Part shown: piece by piece, positions 39,378-54,628 of the stretch
Layout: each line of letters starts with the position of its first letter
Numbering within the stretch: position 1 is the stretch's first letter
Origin: Octopus vulgaris
Lineage: Eukaryota
Assembly: GCA_951406725.2 (NCBI GenBank)
Contig: OX597818.1
Coordinates: 66,588,001 to 66,652,000 of the forward strand
Direction of reading: 5' to 3'
Length of the DNA: 64,000 nucleotides
The notes under the pieces: generated by a model
What the model was told of the DNA's origin: nothing
What the model saw: only the letters and a program-made list of their open reading frames with translations
The model's database searches: none
Translations under genes and position numbers: made by a program

Positions 39378-40067
39378 TAACATATAACTGTCATCCAAAG
39401 TGTAGCGTCCCATACAGGATAATGCTACTGACGTATTTGCTCCGGCAATACATCTCCTCTAGTTGGCCAATGATACATATTCTGTGTCCAATTAGAATTT
39501 GTGGATTCGAGTTTCTGGGTGGTTACCCATCCTCTGCGTATGTTAATCACAAGGTCGTGATGAAAACTCATTCCATCCGGAAACTACTATAGGCTTTTTC
39601 CTGCGACATACTGCATATGTATGTGCATACTTACATGAATACATAAATCCCTACTTGCATACATACACGCATCCACACAAACGCACACGCAGACACACAG
39701 ACACACATTCATAGATAAGGACTGACCAAAAGCAAGGCAAAACAAATTAAGAACACCAAGGCGTGCCGTGTCTAATACTGGAAGTGAATGTGTGTTTTAT
39801 GGTAATTTATGAGATATGTATCACGTATCTTTATATGTCAAAATCTTGATTAGAATAAGGAAGATTATAAATATGCGATGAAATGCTAGAAATCACCAAC
39901 CAAATCTCAAACATTGTTAAAATGTAATTAAAATTTTAATTGTTGTCTTATAGATCATAATTTTGATTAACCAAATCTCCTCTAAAAATATGAATGGATT
40001 TATCACAGCATACTTAATTTTTGAAGTCTCCTCCAAGTGGATGACACACTAATATATACGCCCTATT

Positions 40068-40127
40068 GTTTTTTTTTCTTTTCATCTAGTTTCAGCTCAC
40101 GAGCTGTGGCCATGCTGGGGCACCACC
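40068..40127 (-). mobile_element. Isolated LINE-type 3' tail (same as 34145-34186)
   Basis: Reverse complement GGTGGTGCCCCAGCATGGCCACAGCTCGTGAGCTGAAACTAG plus an A-rich tail. Confidence 0.75.
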
Positions 40128-40149
40128 AAATTGTATGTATAGCTTTTCC

Positions 40150-40700
40150 TATTTTCCTGTTTTCAATCATTATATTTCTGCCATACTGGGGTACCGCCTT
40201 GAAGAAATTCTAGTCGAACGAACCGACCCTACTACATACACATCTATGCGTAGTACTTATCTTACCAAGCCTTCAGGTAGAATCACCAACTTACCTGGAT
40301 GCAGACACGAAAAAAACAGTTGACAAGTGGTGGATGAGGTGAAACACAGATATAAAACACATACGCTTATATACAGTGTGCTATGTGTAAATAGTAGCCA
40401 TTTATGATTTTCAGTTCGCGAATAGGCATGGCTGGTTTTTGATTTTGTCGACAACACAATATAGTAGGATATATATGCATGTGTTTGTCAGTGAGTGCGT
40501 GGGTTGGTGTGTATGCATGTATATGTGTATTTATATATATACACCAGGGGTCTCTTCCTTTTATATTCTATCAAATTCATTCACAAGGGCATGGTCGGCA
40601 CGTAGTTATTGTAGATGACATGCGCAGATGTTTCCACGCAGTGGGACGACCCCTAAACCATATACTTCGAAAGAACGCTACTTACTACACACACCCCACA
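40150..40700 (-). mobile_element. Degenerate SINE family B copy
   Basis: Tail (CCATACTGGGGTACCGCC), internal microsatellite and CORE-like head (CCACGCAGTGGGAC) homologous to the other B copies. Confidence 0.6.
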
Positions 40701-40884
40701 GAAAATAAAATACCAGCCATTGAAAAATATGGGGCGTTGAGAGAAAATACACACACGGCTCGAACAGGCTAATGGTTATTTTTTAAATAAAAACGGCAGA
40801 AAATTTATCTATGCTAAATTTCGTGAGTAAAATATATATATATATATATATATATGTTCACACACAGAGGCACACATACATGCA

Positions 40885-41112
40885 TTTACGTCACATGTAA
40901 TCAGCTGACCGACCAGACCACGATATGCTGTTACCTATGGCTGATCACAATACGCTATGCACGGCATTAGTATTCCAACGACGCCATTCCCCGCTGGCTC
41001 GGCGTGGAAGCCAACACCTCCCACTCCACTATTTAGAGGATCGACTGGAGCAACGTGAAAGGAAGTGTTTTGCTCAAGAACAGAACGCACCGCCAGGTCT
41101 TGGACTTGAACA
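40885..41112 (-). mobile_element. SINE-like element (family C)
   Basis: Reverse complement has a B-box-like GTTCAAGTCC followed by CORE-like GTTCTTGAGCAAAACACTT. Confidence 0.5.
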
Positions 41113-41199
41113 CACACACACTTAAAGAGCGGACGTTTTATGGTGTGTAAATTTATATTTCTAATTTTGTTCGATAATTTCTTTGAGGTGAAAAAACAT

Positions 41200-41700
41200 A
41201 GGACGAGATCTTAAGAGAAGAAAGTAAAGTTGGTTGCGGGTCCATAAAAAAGAAAACAAGTTTTTTTTTTAATAATGAACGCCAATAGCAGATGATTTCC
41301 CAACAAATTCTACCTTCCCTGATGCAACTTAGAAAGACCCGTTAATAAACTTGTCATCGTTGAGGTTAAATACCTTAAAATAAATTCAAATTATGCCGTT
41401 TTAAGTGAAGTCCATTTCGATAAAAATTTGTTGAGTAATTTGAATGTAAATCAACATCACTAGATGGTTGGGCGTATTGTAGTCACCCAATGGTAAAATC
41501 TTGCATCGTCACCTCGGTTTGTAAATAGAATTTATCCTACATAAGTAGACCTTGGACAAACTGCTCCCTAAACTAGAAGTGTCCCGAGATAATCTTCCTG
41601 GTACACGACACGGCTGCAGCCTGGCATTACATGAAATAAATGTTACTATAAAAACTGAACCACACAAGAAGCCCTAATCTATTCACTTTATTTCAAGAAC
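41200..41700 (+). mobile_element. Possible pogo/Tigger DDE transposase relic
   Basis: Weak, frameshifted traces resembling GHK..K, NA..DF and DN.PG motifs. Confidence 0.25.
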
Positions 41701-42300
41701 ACGAAAAAAGTAACCGGAGAATAAATGAATGGAGCTAAAGAAATGGGAATGGTCATTGACTTGTAGAAGCTCTTTAATGAGTTGGCCATTGAAATAGGTT
41801 ATTTAGAGTGTGGTGTTTCGATCCTCTAACCCGTGTAGTGTGAAACAGCGAAGCTTTTAAGAATGCGGTTGTAGTATTTACTCGAAAGGAGAAACTCGAG
41901 TTACGGGATTGGCAAAATGTAAAGAATATATCGCCGGAATTTGTTAAAGAGAATTATGCATTTTTACATATGCAAATATGAAGCATAAAGAAACTACAAT
42001 AGTTATATATCCATGCAGGCACACAGGTACACACGTATATATACATATATAAATAATACGTGTATATACACTCGCGCACACACATGCACACACACACAAA
42101 CACACACACAAATGTATATGTACATATATGCAATTGCTTTTATTGCATAAATGTTTATGCATACACACATACCCTAATTTATATAAACTCACACGCAGAG
42201 AGATATAAACATACATACTTACTCTCACACACATACAGTGAATAATTACACACATATACACACACAAGAATATATATATATATATATGTGTGTGTGTGTC

Positions 42301-42357
<57 letters not shown>

Positions 42358-42721
42358 GTATACAAATAACTACACATATGTTATATATGTATCTATAAAC
42401 GTATATTTTTCACAATCCCTAGATTCACAATTTAAGAGAATCTCAGGTGTTTAGCTCTGTGAAATTGGCAAGAGCCCAAATTGGAATTGACTATATAATT
42501 CTACTCCATTATTTGGCAGCGATTTCCAATTAAAATGCTGCTGGCATTTTCCAGTTATTAACCTGTTCACATTCGAAGTAAAATTCATTATCTCAGGTCT
42601 TTCTCACAAACACACTTGTAAATATTTTTCAATCGTGAAAATATGTGATTTGATGTCTGTTACATTTATTCAAAATTGATACTGTGTGAATCATTTTATG
42701 AAATGCCTTGTTGCCGGTGTA

Positions 42722-42765
<44 letters not shown>

Positions 42766-42946
42766 CAAAATTTAGGGGAATGACCACTAAGAGTGGACAG
42801 CCTGTATGCTAGATATAGACGTCAAACTCGTCATTTACCACGAAGAATGTGTACCCAAGAAAAAATTCAGCAAAACCCAATGTTTAAAAATAATACAAAT
42901 GAAAATATATAAATATGTATATATTTATATATATCAAAGTATCAAA

Positions 42947-42990
<44 letters not shown>

Positions 42991-43120
42991 CTGTGTGGGG
43001 GTTTATATAAATAAGGGTATATGTATATGCATAAACATGTGTGCATAAATGCACCTGCATATATATACATGATTGATCGCTCACCACTAAACCATTTATT
43101 AATTTTCTCTCTCTGTTTCG

Positions 43121-43164
43121 GTGTTCCTTCATGATGAAGATCGTAGGATCGAAACGTAAAACAC
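43121..43164 (+). ncRNA. Minimal hammerhead-like motif (C3 mutated)
   Basis: GTGTT-CCTTC-ATGATGA-A-GATC-GTAG-GATC-GAAA-CG-TA-AAACAC. Helix II perfect; helix I GTGTT/AACAC. Confidence 0.55.
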
Positions 43165-43449
43165 TTTCTCTCTTCACGATGCTTAAAGTAATGCATCTGT
43201 TTGTTTGTTTACACGCCCGTCTTCGTCTTTTTTTTTGTAAATTCCAACTATATATGTGTGTGTATGTAGAGAAAAGAGAGAGAGAGAGAGAGAAGGAAAG
43301 AGAGAAAGAAAAGAAAAAGCAAAAGAAAAGATAAAAACTGGATTTAAGTGTATGTTACAACCATGATAATAAAGATACACAATTTCGTTCTAAATAAGGT
43401 TTTGTTCTTTCTCCACTAAAATATTTTCTACCTTATATACGTATGTCTG

Positions 43450-43536
<87 letters not shown>

Positions 43537-43930
43537 TGTGTCTGTGTCTGTGTTTGTGTGTGTGTGTGCATATATGTATTATTACATGCATTACATGTAT
43601 TAAATATATATATGTGTGTGTATGCTCGTGTGTGTGAATTGACAGAGAGCGATAAAGGAAATATAGTAAAGGGAGAAATATTATAGTTTATGGCAATGAA
43701 TGTAGCGCACGAAGTTTTGCAGTGCTTCCGTTCATCATATTCTGCGCATTATTTATCATGTCAAACTCATAGTAGAGTCACGTATAATGACATATATCTG
43801 CTCGGTTATTTTTCTTACTTACGGGCTTTCAGTTATCAATCATATTGGTCGTGGTTGGTTTGGGGAAACACACACTCCCCGCCCTGCGAAATCAAAACAA
43901 AACGATTTTTTAATTTCAAACTGTGAATGT

Positions 43931-43983
<53 letters not shown>

Positions 43984-44080
43984 TATATAGATTTTGTTTT
44001 TAAATATATGTTGTCCAACTCAAATTTATATGTCCATCGCAAAATATATATATCTAAGTAGTGTTAACACAGGGAAAGTT

Positions 44081-44113
<33 letters not shown>

Positions 44114-44449
44114 GTACACAAACACACACTCACGTACACAAGCACACACACAAACACATGCACGGCCACCCTCGCGCGGGCACACACTCACTCACATATG
44201 CCTATCCACTTATTGCCATCCGCGCAAATGGAATCATGTTGTGTGGTGCCGTATACATTTCGCTCTAATTTGCTCCGGTTTACGCGCTTTGGTATAATCT
44301 ACTGCCGAGGTTAAATTTATTCTTTCTGTGTCGGTAAATAATTCACAAAATACATACTGTGGAATCTCTACGTCTTTCTGTTTGGCAGTTTCTATCATTT
44401 TCTGCAACATATCGATTAACTCCACACATATAGGGTCTGCCATGTCTTG

Positions 44450-44762
44450 AAGTTTTCGTGATGCACGTTTTAAGGCAGTGAGTTCAATTTCTGGCCTGGG
44501 CTGGGTGCTGCGTTTGTGATCAAGATACTATATTCTACGTTTTTACAGTTTACACGACAGCGGAAATAAGCTGCAACGTCACTGGGGCCAAACTGTATCG
44601 GTCTTTAGCTTTCCCTTGAGCAACATTGAGGGTGTGGAGAGGGGAGGCCGGTATAGATGAGCGACTGCTGGTATTCTATAAACTACTTTGCCCACACGTG
44701 TGCCTCGTAAGGAACTTTCCATCTGTAATCCCACGGTCATTCATGAGCCAAGGGGGTATTTC
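44450..44762 (+). mobile_element. SINE-like element
   Basis: B-box-like GAGTTCAATTTC and a GC-rich body; the head weakly resembles 40885-41112. Confidence 0.4.
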
Positions 44763-44994
44763 CCAATGTGCATACCATGAAAAGGCATGAAAACGAATCT
44801 GAAGATACATCATTGTGAAGTAAATTTGAAAAAGACCCCCCCCCACACACACACACAAAAAGAAGAAACTGTTGCATCTGCATAGAATTAGATAAAATAT
44901 CATTTAAGTTATGAGAGGCAAAAAGGAAAAAAAGAACAGAATATTGAGAAGGAAAACACATTAGGTGTTGCTCTGTAATTATGTAACAGAGTGG

Positions 44995-45082
44995 CAAATT
45001 GGGTGCCTTCTATTGTAGCCCCTATCAAGCTATGACATTTGAGCGGATTTGATGGACAGAAACTGTGTAGAAGTCGGTCGCA
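44995..45082 (+). mobile_element. SINE family B fragment
   Basis: GTGCCTTCTATTGTAGCCC...GGATTTGATGGACAGAAACTG..AGAAG. Confidence 0.55.
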
Positions 45083-45257
45083 TAGGCATACATAAATACA
45101 TGCTTATATATATATGTATATATATAAATATATATAGAAAATAGTAAAAAGTGAAAAAAACTACAGAAGGCTTGTTTTAAAATGTTAAAAAATATATATT
45201 TGAGTCAATATGTCTGAAGAATATTATAATTTTTTTTCTTACAATGACATAGTTTAG

Positions 45258-45296
45258 AAGAAAGACCGGTTTCGCGTTTAGCTTTTCAAATTTCTT
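45258..45296 (-). ncRNA. Degenerate minimal hammerhead-like motif
   Basis: Reverse complement: AAGAAA-T-TTGAAAA-GC-TAAAC-GC-GAAA-CCGG-TC-TTTCTT. Palindromic ACCGGT helix III and a GTC site; CUGANGA box has two substitutions. Confidence 0.45.
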
Positions 45297-45377
45297 ACGT
45301 CGTTATGTTTATGTTGAGCAGAGTTATTGTTATGTTTATGTTGAAAAGAGTTCTAAATAAGGGGAGATAATGAGTAT

Positions 45378-46392
<1,015 letters not shown>

Positions 46393-46593
46393 TATATATA
46401 TATACACACACACACTATTATTCTTTGACAAGAATACTACGGAGAGTGAGTATTTCGAAGTTTCGCTCGATAAAACCACATGTACATTTCATTACATGTA
46501 GGTATAAGTGTGCGTGTGCGCGACGCAGGTGTGTGCGCGCATTTCCCACCTGCGCTTGTACTCCACTTGTTTTGGTTTCATGTATCAGATTGG

Positions 46594-46787
46594 TCATCAC
46601 CATCATCATCGTCCTCATCATCATCATCCTCATTGTCATCCTCATCATCATTATTCTCACTATCCATATCATCATCATCATCGTCATCATCATCGTCGTC
46701 GTCGTCATCATCATCATCCTCATTGTCATCCTCAACATCATTATCCTCACTATCAATATCATCATCATCATCATCATCGTCATCCTC

Positions 46788-46822
<35 letters not shown>

Positions 46823-46906
46823 CTTCACCATCATCATCGACGTCATCATTATCATCATCCTCATCGCCATCATCCTCATCCTCATCGTCATCATCATCAT
46901 CATCAT
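46594..46906. repeat. Degenerate (CAT)n array with an internal ~90-bp duplication
   Basis: CCTCATTGTCATCCTCA...CTCACTATC.ATATC block occurs twice, ~90 bp apart. Confidence 0.9.
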
Positions 46907-47005
46907 GATCGTAACATTCATACATGTCAGCATGGAAGAGGTTATATTGTTATTGCTTTTCTCTAACAGCTATTATTTTTGTTGATGACGATGCGTTCAT
47001 AAGCG

Positions 47006-47038
<33 letters not shown>

Positions 47039-48209
47039 CGACGATGGCAACGATGTCGACACCGTCGGCAACAACGATAACGACCGTGATGAAAATGGTG
47101 GCGACGGTGGCGCTGATGGCATCGATTATTCTCATAGAATTCTTGCTCTTTCTAAATTCAGAACCATATAAGCTTATTTGTTAAAGATTAAATGTCTGAA
47201 AACCAGTAATCCTATTCCAATAAAATCGCACCATAACATCTTCAGCTCATGTCCCATCTATCTTCTTTTTCCCTAATACCTGACATCTTAAAATTAAGGG
47301 TCACACAAACGGTAAACACATCATTAGTTCCCAGTATGAAATGGCGTATTACCGATTATTAATCACACACACCCACACCTACACACTGCTAATCTGTTTC
47401 GTTGAAGTGATATACATTCAGTGAAGTTCAGAAAGGATTTATTCTTGTATTTGTTTATGATGTTCTTTAGCATTTGTCGTTTTACAATGGATTAACCTTA
47501 TTTATTACGTATCAATTGCTCCCAATTAGTGGACAAAACCCAAAATAATACTTGATTATTGAGAAATAACTTACTTCATCACATGCCAATATTTTTCTAA
47601 GCGATTTAGGTGAAAGGTGAACCACTCAATTCCTACGTATTAGTAGACATTATTTTTTTGACGTCTGAACAAAAGAAAAACAACGATCGCCTTAGCTACG
47701 ATGGGAATTCTGTAAGAGAAAAAGAAAAGCATGCTGTTCATGAAAAGAAATATCTTGAGACTATTTGCAGCTGTTTATTAACACTTTAACGTAGAATTGC
47801 GCATTAAAAAGCGCACGAATTTTTCTTTTTCTGATCTACAAAAGTTATTCATATTTAAAGCATGTATGTGGGGGCGCGTGTGCGCGTGTGTGTGTGTGTG
47901 CATATGTGTCTATGGCGACGTGTATATGTATGTTTGTGTTTATATATTTATGTAAATTGATTTGTTGTTCATGAAAACATTTTCTTGAAGAAAAATGACA
48001 AGACGGTGTATGCGAGTGTTGTGTTAATATATTTATTGTTACTGTAGCATGGGGTTAATTAACAAGTTGACAGTGCAATTGGCAAATACACATTCAACAG
48101 AGATTTGCATAGTCCTAAAGAAAACAATTAGTTTATTGATGTGTACAGTTAAGTACAGATTAGGAATATTCCGAGGAATGTATTATTGAGGTGAGTTATG
48201 TATTCATAT

Positions 48210-49143
48210 ACAGGGGCACTCGATAGTATTGCTGTGAAATATAAAAAGGTTTAAGTTTCAAATATTAAACAAAAGGCAAAGAAAACACAATATCCTCTCG
48301 AAATTAAAGAGTATTTTTCAAAAATCGACATGTATCAATTATATTATAGCTGGGAATAATAGTTCGCTCAAATTAGCCGACCTCAGTTTCAAGCGCAGAC
48401 TAAAGACAGCTTTTGAATCTGGCGTATCTGTTTCTCACTGTGACCCCGAGAAAATATTCGATGAAGTCATTGATCTTGGCCTGCTGTCACCTTGTTGTTG
48501 CAGCAGAATGTCTGCTGTCTTTTCCAACTGCGTCTCACATATTGTAATCCATAAGATTACAATCGGGAGAATTAGAAGGCGAGAAACTGGCGCTTGTGGT
48601 GTCGTAGGAATTCTCAGACAAAGACTTCTGACTCTTTCTGGAGTGATGGCAAAGAAACGAATCCTGCTGCCATACATATGAATTTCCTGCGGCTATCTAC
48701 TTCGGCCAATGTTTGAACTCTCTCTCCAACCGCATCACATAGCTTTCTGATTTGGGCATAGGGCTCTGTTCAATGACCTGAGACAACACAAACGATCCTC
48801 ACCGAAGATAAACCCCAACAACAACAACAGAAGTTGGAAATGTCTTGCCATGAGGTCCAGAACACGTCACAAAACATATTCCGTGTTCACAATGCGTTTA
48901 CCAGCAATCGGTTTGCCGGCATTTTATGTTACCCGACAAAAAAGAAATTTAAAAAAGCATCACTTTTACAATATTAAATTTGTTTGCACACTTGTATGTC
49001 ACCTAAATTTTTCAGAACTCTATCCATGTTTTTCGTCTCTAACGGCATAAATTACTTTATGCTCTGGAATATTTACCAATACACCAAACGGATCTTGAAA
49101 ACACGAATTAAAAATTCGTCAAATCCAGCCTGATCACCCTGTA
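48210..49143 (-). mobile_element. Tc1-like transposon relic
   Basis: Ends TACAGGGG... / ...CACCCTGTA. Minus-strand trace near 48545-48600 resembles the P.SPD..P.D..LW motif. Confidence 0.5.
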
Positions 49144-51329
49144 GAGTAAAAGTAAAGAAGTGAAGGAATACAACAGAACCTAGTTTTGTTGTTTCATCAA
49201 GTGTAGGATGCATGTAGCACACGTTAATGTAGCACGCGTTAATGCAGTACACATTAATTGTAGAACTCATGCTTAGGGATACATCTTAGAAAACGTTAAT
49301 TGTATATCCCATACTTTAAAATCATTGTATTTCTTGTAATCTACATTGTAGAAAGGTACGGAATAAGGAAATGTTCACGTTGTCACTGAAATGTTGTATC
49401 AACACTCCTATAATACCATTCATCCCTCTCTCCATTCATTTATCCATCCATCCAGCTAGCCAGCCAGCCATTCCACTAGCCAGCCAAACAACCAAAAAAC
49501 CTACCCATACCCACATATACTTATACGTAGGTGTTTATACATAATTTTCTGCATTCTTTTTACACACAACCACCTTGAAATGAAGGGATGGCTGTTCGAT
49601 CAGAATCTTACACATAACTCATGATCTGAAATCTGGGCGATATTGTCCAGCATACGTCGTTACATCTGATTGCTCTTTTGCATTCTTGCATTAAAAAAAG
49701 GAATTCTTATAGTCGAAATACCGTGGATACAGTTTCCCTACATAATATGATCTATTCGTTCTGGCGTATTACTGCTTTTGAGTTCCGAAAGCACTCTATC
49801 ATATTTAAATGCCACCACCCTAAACACCTTTAACGTAGAATGGAACGCATATCTAATGTATTCCGTAAATTGCAAGAGAATGTGGGTAATTCTCAGACAA
49901 CAGTACAAAACGGTTGCGTCCTAAAGATTTCTTCGCTTTCAATTCCGAAACTTGGGAAATTTCTGATAAATGGTAATGTGGAGAAATTAAAAATGCACAA
50001 TTTTAGCTATTTCAGTAATTTACTATTTCCAAAAATTTCTGTGAAAATAAAATAATTTTTACTACTTCAATTTATTTATTTATTCGAATATCAGCTCCAG
50101 GTTATATGTGTAAAGATGTAACTAACTCGAAAAAGTTTCAAGCTGTATTTTATGCATTTGTTCTTTTATTTATGCATGTATATTTCCATTTTTTTATATT
50201 TTCTTTTTTTATTTTCTACTTGATGTGGCGATCATGTGTGTTATTTACGAATAGAAAACCGATTAGTTTCCTTAAATCTTGTCACACGCAGTATGGTCAT
50301 TTGAAAAGCTTAATTCCATTTCAGTTTAAAAATACTTTTATTTCCTGCAATGCAAATTGTAAAACGTAAAATAAAAGATATATAAGTTTCTCTAACATTA
50401 AGATAAATTAAATATCAAAAATAACGATGCAAAGCATAAAATGTTATAGTAATAAATATTGCAATAAAAACCATCAACTCACCGTTGTAAATTTAGAATT
50501 AAAGCTCAAAATATGCTAAACTGATTTTCCATTGCAAGACAAGTTTTTTGGCTATGTTCGGCTGAGAGAATAATTGGTATCTGCATAACAATTTTCATCA
50601 CGGTCCCCTTTCTGTTAATCACACCGCGCAATACTTTTTTTTGACTTAAATAGATTTAATTTCTTCAGATGTGCCAAACATATTTAGCAAAGATAATCTA
50701 AATTGCAGAAAACAAATTTTCGAGAACAGATATTCGAAGCGAAATCTTTTATTACCTGTGTTAAAATAGATCTAATTTTCGACATAAATTCCGTCTCATT
50801 AACATTCTCTCAGACCCAAATATCCCTATTTAATGATATAGTTAATGTTGTTTCAATGATCACAAGTCGGTGTATTTTCGAATTTTAAATCAAAGTAGAT
50901 TTTTAGAGATTGATTACATGAATGTGTTGTTATTATATATCTATACGTGACAAACCTAATGATAACGGGGCATCGTTGATCGCGCTCTTAACCATGACGA
51001 ATCTAAGATAAAATAAACATTGTTCACAATTGCAGAAATAACAAAGTACAATCTTGTATTCGTCGTCCTTATTTCCTGCCTTTGCTTTCGCCCACCTCCT
51101 GTAACATGTTTCATTTCTTTCCTCCATAACCATTTTGCTTCTAGCATTTTCTAACACCCATAGTTCCCCTACCGTTTCTCCTAAATCTTCCCCTCATCCA
51201 AATCATGTTCTACGTCAAATTTACGTTTTTATTAATATGTTTCTGTGTTCATTTCTTATGACGTTTCTTCCTCTATTTCTTTTGTACTTTCTGCGTTATT
51301 CCCCTTGTTATTATTCTCGTAAACATTCA

Positions 51330-52340
51330 AAATATTATTATTGCTCTTGTCATCTCCATGTTCACCTCCGATACGTAAGCAGCGCCGTGCTTTTCGTTGC
51401 AGACACATATTAATATATACCTCGGCATAGTTTTGCTGTGGTACAAGCTTCTTATTTGCTCCGATGTTTAAAATGTGAGCAGTGATTTTGTGTATTATCG
51501 TCAGGTGAAAAATGGGTTAGGTTTATGATTTATGGAAGGTGTTACAAGATTTGATTATTATTGCGTCATTGTTTGTCATATTAAAACACCACCGAAGTTT
51601 GCAATGTGATTGCTGCGAGTTATTGTCCCTATGGATTTTTTTACAGTTATACAGGTTCCCATTTTTCTATACTCTTCGCCGAGACATTTATTAAGGGTAT
51701 GTGTGTTGGATGCGTCAATTTATTGAGTCATTATTGTGTTTTGTGATTTTATGAGCTGTTTCTGAGCGACTGTTGGATAAATAGTGTCTTACGTAGGATG
51801 TGCAAACTGCAGATAAACTACATTGTGAAATTTGTGGGAGAGGGTGACAGTGTCGAGTATATTTTTGGTTCTTGGCAGAATCATTTCAACGTTAGAAAAA
51901 TGTTGCTGTATATTTCTTGCGGTTAATTATATAAGTTCAAGTCTGCCAAACGCAAAACTTGCCTCTCAACATCGTAAGTCGGGAATAGGAAATACGTCTT
52001 TTTCTACTGGTTTTACGCTGGAAATATTACTAACCATGCTTAGGTTAACACCTGTGGCAGTCCTTCCACCTATGTATATACTGAGTTTTTTTTAGCAAAA
52101 TCTTGTTTAACTTATACGAACAATTTTAATCTTTTCAATATTTTATGGAAATATATTTCCTGAAATATATAAATCTTTAACACAATAGAAAATCTTCTTC
52201 TCTCGTAACTCTACATCGCCGTAAGGTTCTGTTAAACCTAAATCGAATTTCTGAAATTTTTGAGAGGCCATTATTTCTAAGCACATCATTATTTTCAGTA
52301 TGTCATTATATACTTCTGTTGATTTAAGGCGTTTAACACC
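51330..52340 (-). mobile_element. Possible heavily decayed PLE (RT to GIY-YIG)
   Basis: Weak traces of a Y.Q..GLP.G..LS-like motif near 52030-52085 and GIY..C....Y.G near 51365-51425. Confidence 0.3.
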
Positions 52341-53022
52341 CACTCACAGTATTTATCTAATTTACCACGTTTAATATTATGCACAGAGTTCATGTTTAAC
52401 TCTTCAGAGAACAACTTAAAAAACAGGCTTCCTTAGAATAACCGGAAATTTGTCCTAATATTGCCGGGGAGAAGACATGGTTTATACTTTTAAATATTCA
52501 TCTGCGACAGACACTTTTTATTGGCAGATTTACCCGTCGCAAATTTACGTGAAAAATGGAAACAAATGGGGACACCCATAAATGTAGTAATTCATCAAAT
52601 CAATTTACCGATTAGATAAATAATATATTATACATGAAAAAGAAAAGTGAAACATTCAGTAATACGCAGAGCTCAGTGAAGAATGAAATTTTAATACCTT
52701 TGTGGCCATAAATTTTGAAACAAGTAAATTAAGCACACAGTCGTCAAACTCACACTAGAGTCTCGTGAGAATATACACAAAAGTGCTTCTGAAAAATTGT
52801 TCTATTACCTCTGTAAGTTGGCTTGAGAAAAAATAGATATAATTGAATTAGAAAAACAATTTCTTTCGAAGAATTGTATAGAAAAACACAGATTCTTCTC
52901 AAATGATTTCGCTGAATTTAAGAAAAAAATAATAAAAAAACATACTTTAATTTATTAAATAGTAATTCGTATGCATTCTAATTGAATTCTGTGGACATTC
53001 ATGAGTTGACAACGACTAATAC

Positions 53023-53161
<139 letters not shown>

Positions 53162-53326
53162 CATATTCTATAACTGTATACCTAATTATAATCGGGGGTC
53201 AGCTAGTTGGTTTGCTACGTGCCGAATTAGAAATAGATGCTAATATACAGCCGAATGCGAATATATATTTATCCTTTATACCCACGTGTGTGTTCCGAAG
53301 AATCCCTTTATTAGTATTATTATTAT

Positions 53327-53389
<63 letters not shown>

Positions 53390-54555
53390 ATAGAATGTTA
53401 TATGTATATATATTAAACCATATTAAGGACAAAAGTCGAGTTGTAGAATACGCGAAGTTATATGCTGAGAGAAGACGCGAAGAGGGGCAAAACTACCTCA
53501 CGTAAACCCACTAAAAGCGATGAATTAAACGAAATGACGGGGGAACCTCCATTTGTTTTCATGCCGAAAGCACGGTGACGTACTATCTGACGTAGCTGTT
53601 AAAATAATCAACTTTAAATGTGTAGGTGCTGTGTTATAATCTATAATTTAGAAAAAGATAATGAAAAGCTGAAATAGTTTCGCGCACAATTATATATACA
53701 ATTTTCCCACTCACTAATTTAGCACAAGAAACACAAACATCATTCATTCAGTACTAAGCAACTATGTTTTCTATGGGTGTTCAATCTTGTATTGAACTCC
53801 TATCTCTCAATCCAGCCCCAAAACTGCAAACACAAAGTCGGTTTGGCTCTAATTGTCTTCAATGAAGGTTGCCTTCTTTTATTCCACTTCAAGTCGTCAT
53901 CCTAGATCAGTTTCTCTTCTGTTTCTTCCAGCTTCTGTCATCATTATTTTGCAATATCTATGAATAAACTGGTATTTGCTTTTTTTCTCTTTCACAGCGT
54001 ATTTATCCAGTTTTAGATATTCAATACCGTGGTCACATTCTATTATTACATCCCAAAATAGGTTAACTCTGTATTTGTCGGGAACATTTTCTGTGGTTTA
54101 TCCATATCCCGACTGTGCACAATCCAATTCATACTCATTGCACAGCAACCAATGACTCAGTCTTGCGACGAAATGGTATGTTTTGTAGTCATTTGAGTCA
54201 CCATTATGCATTCATTTCACAATATGCCATACAAACTTACATTTATAAGAACATATTTTGAATTGGTCTGTTTCAACAGTATGTTCAAGTCTTCATTTGG
54301 GGTAATCAAACTCTGCCCTCGTCCCAATTGAGTCGGGAGGCATTTTAAGCCATAAATACCGTTTTAGACACGCAGATTCACACACTTGCATTAAAAGAGA
54401 GGAAAGCAAAATTCAATTTATCAAAGTTGTAGCTGGGTTATGATGTCATGTGTCTAGGCGTTTTTAACCCTTTATCGGTGTGATTTAAACTCGAACTTGA
54501 ATTATATTAATAGTTACATTTTTATAATTCTGCTCGATATTAAATACCAAAATGC

Positions 54556-54628
54556 ATGTCCTGTATCTACACACCAATTGTCGGCATATCTACTTTATAT
54601 GTGTGTATCCTAAGAGTTTCTTGTACCG
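54556..54628 (+). CDS. Candidate first coding exon encoding a signal-peptide-like segment
   Basis: MSCIYTPIVGISTLYVCILRVSCT followed by a phase-1 consensus donor G|GTAAGT. No convincing downstream exon was found. Confidence 0.15.

Noticed and set aside
47300-47328. 27-bp echo of the mariner subterminal sequence at ~46323-46349
   Set aside because: Too short to interpret; probably a TE scrap.
49213-49260. 15-bp tandem repeat x3 (also a 27-bp x2 repeat near 45302-45355)
   Set aside because: Ordinary slippage duplications.
50483-50580. Minus-strand exon candidate ending at a GTGAG donor
   Set aside because: Stop codons in all three frames.
50955-50990. CTAATGA-T-AACG..CGTT-GATCGCGCTC hammerhead-like trace
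   Set aside because: Both core boxes are mutated and there is no helix I.
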